From an uncultured Clostridia bacterium (lineage in GTDB: Bacteria > Bacillota > Clostridia > Christensenellales > UBA1242), in NCBI GenBank assembly GCA_934748015.1, contig CAKVHF010000001.1, forward strand, positions 80,918-144,917: 64,000 nucleotides of DNA, in the 5' to 3' direction. Position numbers and translations under genes: made by a program. Positions 35,201 to 44,200 of the stretch are shown here, piece after piece; the stretch's first letter is position 1, and each line of letters opens with the position of its first letter. The notes below the pieces were generated by a model, which ran no database searches, was not told the DNA's origin, and worked only from the letters and a program-made list of their open reading frames with translations.

Positions 35201-38200
35201 TTCAACTATATAATTTGGGCACAAAGAAGACAGATGTGTATTATGGCATAGGTGGTGTTGCAGGTATTAATAATGGCACAATACAGCATGCGAGAGTAGG
35301 TTACGATAGTGCAACAATTAATGGTGTCGGAATTAATTATGTTGCATCCTCTTCCAACAATATTTCGGTCGGTGGAATTGTAGGTATTAATAACAAAACA
35401 GGCGAATTAAATGCAGTTAGCTTAATGAGATCTACTATTGATGCACGTATTGTTAGCAATGTAGGCGGAATAGTTGGTGACAACAAAGGTGAAATCGGTA
35501 TCCAAAAAGGAACCGCTGGCAATTATAGCAAGGATAGAGCAGCTGCTGTGCTGGATAGTTCTATCAATGCTGGTCAGAATACGGGTGCTATTGTTGGCCA
35601 TACTAACAAGTCACTTATCTCTGGTGTTAAAGACAATAAGCATTATGTCTTTGTATATAATACTACTATTGAGTGCGAAGATATAGCAGGCAACTCTAAG
35701 GCCGGTATTGCAATCGGAGCCGTTGATGTAACGAGCGAATCGGTTAAAGTTGATCAAATATTTGTGGTTAATAGTTCGGTTAAAGCATCTGGCACAAATG
35801 TAGGTGGTTTAATCGGTTATGTCAATGCTGACAAAATCAGCCAGGGTAAAAATGTTTTAATAACCAATATTACTTTAAGATCTATTAAGATTAGTGCTAC
35901 AACTAACAATGTTGGTGGCGTAGTTGGTAGTATATTTGCAGGTCAAGATCCTATCAATAATAGCACAACAGCAGTTGTTCAACTATCCAATATCAATATT
36001 AACGAAATTAATATTGAGAACACTAATGGACAGAATATTGGTGGAATTGTTGGTTATGCTAATGGCGTATTGGTTCAAGATGTTGAAATCAAAAATGATA
36101 TAACATCAGCAAGAGGTAACTCTATCGTATCCAATTACAAGTCGGACAATGCTGATAGCGGATCAAACATTGGTGGCGTTATTGGTCTTGCGGTTAATAG
36201 CTCGATCAATGGTGCAATTATATCCAATCTTACTATCAATGCATTTACAGGTAATGTAGGTGGCTTGGTTGGTTATTATGGTCACAATACAGCAACTAAG
36301 GGATTTTTCTCTACAAGTACATTGTTTGTAACAGGTGAGACCAATCAAATAAGTTTGAATGATATTACTATATCTATTACATCTTCTTCAGTTGATGATA
36401 ATAAGAAGTATTCGGACAATGGCAGAGTCGGTGGATTGCTTGGTGCAGAGGCATCTCAATATAGCAACAAAGACGCTATTAAATTATTTAGTGGTGACAC
36501 CCAAGTTACTTTAAATAATATCAAATTAAGCGGTGGTTCATTTGTAGGCGGAATCGCAGGTGTTACATATCACGAGATTGCAAGGGGACAGGTTAAAACC
36601 ACAAAGCCAGGTACTGGCTCAACTCCAGCAACTGGCTCAACTACTGAGACCCAAGCTGCTCTTGCAGTTGTAATAACTAATATTTCAATTAGTTCTTCAG
36701 GCTCTTATGTAGGTGGTGCAGTTGGTTATACCAATAGATCTATCTATGGAGTTAGAATTATTGCTGATCCTACTGGTAGCAATACAATTGTTGCTGCTGG
36801 ACACTATGTAGGAGGTATAGCAGGCTTAGTTGCTGAGAGCAGAGTTCTTAATGATAATGACCCTGCGTCAACAAAACAAGATGCATTATATAGCAAAACT
36901 GGTGTAGAAATTAAAGCAGTTGAGGTATCCAAAATCAGCGTTTCTAGCACATCATTTGCAGCTCAAGCTTATGTGGGCGGTATCGTTGGATGGACTAGTG
37001 CCTATGTAGGTAGTGGATATATCAATGGTGCTAAAAAGGGAAATGTTACATCTCTAGGGGATGTTAAAGTAACAGAAACCCTACTTAATACAGTAGTGGT
37101 ATCCAATGCAACAGTCAGAGCTAATGGTGCGTATGTCGGCGGTGTAGTTGGTAGCACAATTGCCCCAATTAACCGAGTAATAGTTACATCTGAGGCTTCT
37201 GGCGAGTACAATAACATTACTAGTACTAACGGCAACCACGTAGGTGGTGTTGTTGGTAAAACAACTAACAATATATTTAATTCAGTTGTTCAAAATGTTC
37301 AAATTTCTGCTAAGTCAGTAGGTGAGGCAGGTGTTAATTTTGATAAATTCAATCCAGATACTTACCCAGAAGCTAACGTAGGTGGTGTTGCTGGATCGAC
37401 TACTGCAAAACTATATAATGTAATGTTAACAACAGTAGCGGGTGCAGCTGTTCAGAGTAATAACATAATTACAGCATCAGACAATTTCAATAAGAATATT
37501 GGTGGAATTGTAGGTAAGTTATACAATGGTGATGAAGGCAATAAAACAAATCTGGGCAGTAATTATGACAACTATCTTAACAACTGCTCAGTATCCAATA
37601 CAGAGATCAAAGCCAATAATAGCCAAACATCATATATTGGTGGTATCGTTGGTGGTTATGTAGTTAAGACACTGGAAAGTGTTCGATACAATCTGGAAGC
37701 TAAGCAAGTTGCAAGAAGAGAAAGCGCTATTAATTACTTTAGTGGAGAAAAAGATGGCGATATAGTTTACAAATTGCTTGATTCATCTACTAAAAAGTAT
37801 AATAGTATTAATAGTCAATCGATATACAATGTTGAAGTAGAGGGTTATGACTATGTCGGTGGTATTATAGGTGCAGTTACAGGCAGTAACAACAGACAAT
37901 ATGTTTATGATACACAAACTTATGAAATTATCAACCCTGTTAACTTGTCTAATATTAATATAACCAATATTAATGTTAAAGGTGCCAACGAATTTGTAGG
38001 TGGTGTTATTGGTAAGTTATCTGTCAAAAAGCAAGTTGGCAGGGTAGACAATGATTATGTAGATCTTAGTGTTCAAGAAGAACATTTCATCATGACTTGT
38101 ACCAAACAAAATCTACAAGTACTATTCAATAGTAATGCCCAAAATGAACTGATTTCGAGTGATATAAATAGTTTATATGACGGTATTGGTTCCAGCATTA

Positions 38201-41200
38201 GTAAAATTGAAGTTAAAAGCACTAGCCTGCAGAGGTCAACAATTAATGCAAGCGGTTGTATAGCTTATGTAGGAGGTATAGCAGGTTATGTTGATACGAT
38301 TATCGAGACTGCTAATAAGCAATATGTTAATAATACTATCATCGAAGTAGCAATGAAAGATGATCACCAGATAATTATCGAAAATATGGATATTACATCA
38401 TCAGCACAATGTACAGGTGGCGTTGCAGGATATGCTGTTAATGTAGCTGCTAATTGGATAGCACCAATAGAAAACAAATATACTACAAGTGGCAATGAAC
38501 ATAGAACTGGTTTGATTGGTATTAACTCTATCAATATCACCTCATCTCAACAAAGAGTAGGTGGTGTTGTTGGTGATGCAAAGTTTGTAAATGGTAACTA
38601 TGTACTGGTTGGCTCAGATATAACTTCTACTTCAACCAAAGAAGTTACATACATAGGTGGACTATTTGGTAAAATAAATGGAACATTTATGAAAGATTTC
38701 AGTGGCAATGAGCATCAAGGTGATGGGAATAAATATGTTTATGTTAAGCGTTTAAAATTTAATATTTCAAATGGTTCTAATTATATCATAGGCACAACAT
38801 ATGGTGTAGGTGGAGCAATTGGTGCATTGCGTATTAACAATAACATTATTATGTCCGAGCAAGCAGTCAAGGTTGAACAATTGACCATGAATGTGTCTGC
38901 TTGTCATGTAGGTGGCGTAATAGGACATTTGCGAGGATATGGCGAAAATGACGTGGTAGTAAGCGGTGCGGCATACTTGTATAATAGCGAAATTACTGCA
39001 ACAGGTCTATCGCAATACATAGGTGGATTGATTGGTTTAGTCGATCATGATAACCCTAATCACAAAACACATCTAGTTAATCTTCTTATCAATATTATAA
39101 CTATTGAAGTCACTGGTTCTAATGGTCACTATGTAGGTGGATGTATCGGTATGACGACGGGTGATATTGAGACAGCAGCCTTGTCTGATTATGGTTATGG
39201 CTTAAAGCTGTCCTCCAATGGTAGATTTATAGGCGGTATAGTTGGTAGATGTGATGGCACAATTACTGATACAAAATTGAATTCAGCAGTAACAATCGAT
39301 TCAACATTTGCAGGTAGATACACTGTAGTTGATGGCGGTAGTGATGCTGTAGGCAATATCTTTGTATATGATGCATATGTAGGCGGTATAGCAGGATATG
39401 CTAACAAGTTTGGTTCAGCTCCAGCAACCACAGATTTAGTAAATTTTAGTGCTGCTGCTCAGCCAATAAGAAAAGATAATTTAACTTTCAGTTATCAATC
39501 TAGCAACCCATTAGAAACAACTTGGCGAGCCGATGTGGTCGTAAATAACAATTTAACAATAACGGCACTACAAGGTGTTGTTGGAGGAATTGTTGGTTAT
39601 GTTAAAGAATTTTACTCTACTGTGTTTATGGAGTCAGTAATCAATATTGAGACATCTGGACAATCCGTCGGTGGCGTAGTTGGTTATCTAGAAGACAAGA
39701 TGGAGAATATTTATGCTAACAAATTCTTTGAAGAAGAAGGTAAGGATTACAAAAAAGAATATGAACCAGCTATTTCTATCAAAGGAAATAACCAAGAGAA
39801 CACTCATATCTATGGAGACCAATATGTAGGTGGTGTCGTAGGTGGTGGTACAGCTCTTAAATACTATGACGGAACTGCTGCTAGATATCTTAGAGAGCCT
39901 GCAGTCTATATTGAAGATGATTATACAGAATATAAGTTGGCTCCTTATGACAATAATTCATTCAATGCAAGTTTAACTGCAATGAACATGGAAGCGGTTG
40001 CTGAATTGTTCTATCCGGAAAGAATAAAGATAGGCGGTGTTGATTATCATGATTACACTAAGATAAACACGGATTTGTTTAAAAAACCAGATGGTGGGAA
40101 CTATTTGGAAAAAATGCTAAAGGATGATAATCTAAATTCTTATAATGGAATTATTATTAACTTTTCAGCTTATGATAAATACGATAATATTATTAAAAAT
40201 TGTACTTATGGAATGAACTTATACATTCCAAGCGATAATGATAGAGAAAAAGATAGTAGTAAAATTGAATTCATAAGAACAAAGAATACCGAACAAATGA
40301 TGGGATATAATAAGTGCCTAACAGGAGGAACTCAAGGTCAAGAACCTTGGTTATCATTAGGAGCAAAGTATATTATAGCAAAGATAGAATTTGTTACAAA
40401 TGACGTTATACCTATGACTACAGCAACTTTACAGTTTAGTTTTGGTGATACATATAAGTATGACTACAACCACTTGTCCAATATGTTCCTTAGTCTTTCG
40501 GAAAGAATGCAGGACAAAATTAAGGCAAAAGTGACATTCCTAAACAAAGATAAAGATGCAACTAAAACATCAAAAATATATAGCGGATCTCAATATATCG
40601 AATTAATGAAGTTGATCAAAGAAATCAGAAATAAAGGTAACAATTTATATTCAGATATAAGATTTGATTCGGTAATTGTGTATAATGTCAAAGTTGGCAA
40701 AATCAATTTCCAACCTAGAACTGGGCCAGAACCAGATCAACAACAACATGCAAAAAATGACAAATATTTTATTGCAGTTGATAACCTTACTATATCTGCA
40801 ACGCAATATGCAGGTGGCGTAACAGGTTATAGTGTTAACGATTATATTTTTGTCAATGATCCAGGGCATGTTTCCAACATAGACATAACTGTTAACAACA
40901 ACTATGCTGGTGGTATAGCAGGTTATTATCAAAGTAGCGGTAACATAACAGGTATTGCAAAATACATCAATATTACAGGTAGAGATTATCTTGGAGGATA
41001 TGTTGGTGCCAATCAAGGTAGTGCTGAGGTTGCATTTACTGCAGATAATTTGAAATATATTAACATCAACGGAAATAACTTCTTAGGTGGTGCGATAGGT
41101 CGAAATACTGGTGAAGTCCATGGATCGACTATGCAAGTCACAATAGTTGGTAACAATTATGTGGGAGGTATTGCAGGTTTCAGTATTGAAGATATTACAG

Positions 41201-44200
41201 CAGATGTCTCGGACTCTAAAATCTCTGGTAATACATTTGTAGGAGGCATTGTAGGTCAAACTTATGCTGATTTCATGCTCGGTAGATATGCTTCTGCTGA
41301 TGGATATCTGGCTCATATAGGCCATGTTGAAGTATCTGGTTATAGCTATGTAGGCGGAATTGCCGGTAGTGTTAACAAAAGATACGATCATAGACCAAAT
41401 CCTACAGGTGAAATAGGCAAAAACTTAAAACTGGGTTGGGCGTATGTTTCCAATTCTAGTTCTGTTACAGGTGGCTACAATGTAGGTGGCTTATTTGGAG
41501 AAGTAATTGCTGATAATATAGTGGGTAGAGATGGCAATTATGGCGAAGCAGTAGATAACAACACCTGTTTTGCTGGGGTATATGACAGTATTGTTAGAGC
41601 AGATAATGCATCCAATACTTATAACTTTGGTGTATATGCAATGTCATACTATGAGGAAGGTGAGTATGCTAACAATGGACCTCAGAACAATGATAACTAT
41701 TCTTGTGTTGGTGGAATCTTTGGATATGTATGTACAACATTAGGTGATCAAATATTAAAAAATTCTAATGTGGCTAAGGCAAGAGGTTGTGGAGGTATAT
41801 TGCTTAACCGTATTGAAGTTATTAACGTTATGGTTGAAGGCTTGTCCGGTGTCGGTGGTGTAGCCGGTGTGCTAGAAGGTGTCTATCAACCTGGTATTAC
41901 CTATGTTATGGGTGATAGAACAGGCACATACTTGATCAATGGTAATTCATGCGTCGGTGGTGTTATTGGTGCACAACTAGATGCGGTGAGGATTAAAGAA
42001 GATGAAGCACAAATAATTAAGGCAGTATTTAGTGGCAATTCTAATGTAATTGATTATAAGATAGGTAATATGGGAGCAACTAACGTAGGCGGTGCAATCG
42101 GATTATTTGGCAGTATGAAAACTGCAATTGCTAAAAACATACAAAGTGCTTTTATTGGCAAAGACGGTTATGTTAGGGGTGAAGCACAAATAAATTCAGC
42201 CATAATCTATAATGTATACAAGAATAGTAAAGATCCTAATGTAGGAGCAGACTCTGCGGCTAGTTATTCGTATATTGGTAGTCCAGAAGGAAATAATACT
42301 ATTATTAATATATCCAATGGCGTACACAAAAGCCAACTTCCTTTGATTGCTGGAGATAAAGGATATGGATATGGTGCTAAAGCTGTTAATGATACTTATT
42401 ATTATTTTGATTCACATACTCTTACTGATAAGATATTCTTCGTTCAAGGTAACTCTGAAGCAGGTGGCTTAGTAGGCAGAATCAGTGGCCTAATAGAAGG
42501 CACAAACGCGGAAGGAGACAATGCGGTAAGTATTTCCGATGCTAGAACAAAGAGTGCTGTTAAGATGGCTAACTGTAAGATTGGAACAATTAATGTCAAT
42601 GTAATTGCCAATGGCAATGCAGGTGGTTGGTTTGGTTCAGTTAGCTATGCTCAGATTAGTCTTGCTTCCAAAGAAAGCGGAGCTAAGTCGGATGGCAAAT
42701 TAACTATAAGTGAAGGATTCTATAACACAGTTGTACAATCTACTGGTGACAATATTGGTGGTCTGGTTGGATATTTAGAAGGATCTCTATTGAGCAATGC
42801 CGAGAATGGCGATCCATTAATTATTTTCCCTAAGATAAATGCTAACTCCGGCGACAATATCGGTGGTGCTGTCGGCATGGCTCACAATGCATCTATTATG
42901 GGTATCCAGATTGGATTGACTAAATCTGATGAATCGGGCCGTGTATTTATACATGGAGGTAAGAACAACATCGGTGGTATTGTTGGTCGTGTTGATATAA
43001 CAGATAGTAGCTATAAGAAAATAGGCAACAAAAATGAAGAACGAACATTTGTTGTTGGATGTAGCGTTGTATCAACTAAGGTTGTCGGTGAAGAATGTGT
43101 CGGCGGAATAGTTGGATACGGTGTTGGAGTTGTTATTAGTGGTTGTGTTTCTGGTGGAGGTGTTAATACAACTGGGCCAGTAAGTGTAAGTGATACAACT
43201 ATCGAAGGTATTACCTATGTTGGTGGTATTATCGGTTATCACAAATTTACTAATAATACAAACGATAAATATGATGTCAATGATTATAACCCAGATTCAA
43301 CCATTGGTAGCGGAAATCGTATAATGATCTTTGGTGTTACAAACAATGCTGATGTATCTGGCGAGAAATATATCGGTGGTGTCGCTGGATATATTGACCG
43401 TGCAGGTGTTATATTTAAGAATGAAGACCTTGGCGAGAGTGATGTCGGTGGTGTTAAGTATATCAACACATCATATGATAGTAATAATATTGATGAAAGT
43501 GAGACAATAAGTCTTGGTTCTGGTTCGTCTGCAAAATGCAACCCAGATGCAACTATCAGATGGAAAAAACCATTTACCGCTAAGTCAATTAAGGATATTA
43601 ACAATAGTTACAATAGAGAGGATGATGCTAGTACATCAGGCGCTGTGCAATATTCTAGCTTTGATGAGGCTAAGTTACATTTTGTCCAAGAACAGAATGT
43701 AGAACAGACATGGGATGAATTGGCAGGTAGCAATGGTGCTTTCCAATCTGACATTAGTGATATGTTGTTTACACATAGACCGGATTCATCTTCTGGTAGT
43801 ACAAGTAAGTCGGTTGGTCAGACAATAACCGTTAACTATAAGGTTTCTGCAGGAAGTACTACCAAGAAGTATCCTCCTAGCGAAGCGATATTTATAGGCG
43901 ACATAGTAGGCAATAGATATCTAGACAATATGAACCCTAAGGGTACAAGCATTACTATAGGGGATAAGAGATATTTTAACTACAACAATAATCATGCAGA
44001 TAATGTTGTGGATGATAATGATCTTACCTGGAACGATGTTTTGATTGGTGATCAGATAGAATTAACAACCAATAAGTACAAAGAGGGTACGGTCGATATT
44101 GATGTAAGCATGTCAATGCAATGGGTCAGAACGGATTGTTATATTGATATAGACACCGAACTCAATAGGAAAAATACTCTTTCAGGATATACACATACAC

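Noticed and set aside
20851-43460. CRISPR array or DNA-level tandem repeat array within the GLUG region.
   Set aside because: The periodicity is at the protein level only and is irregular (about 20-45 aa). The nucleotide units are not identical, there are no spacer/repeat alternations, and the whole region is in one open reading frame.
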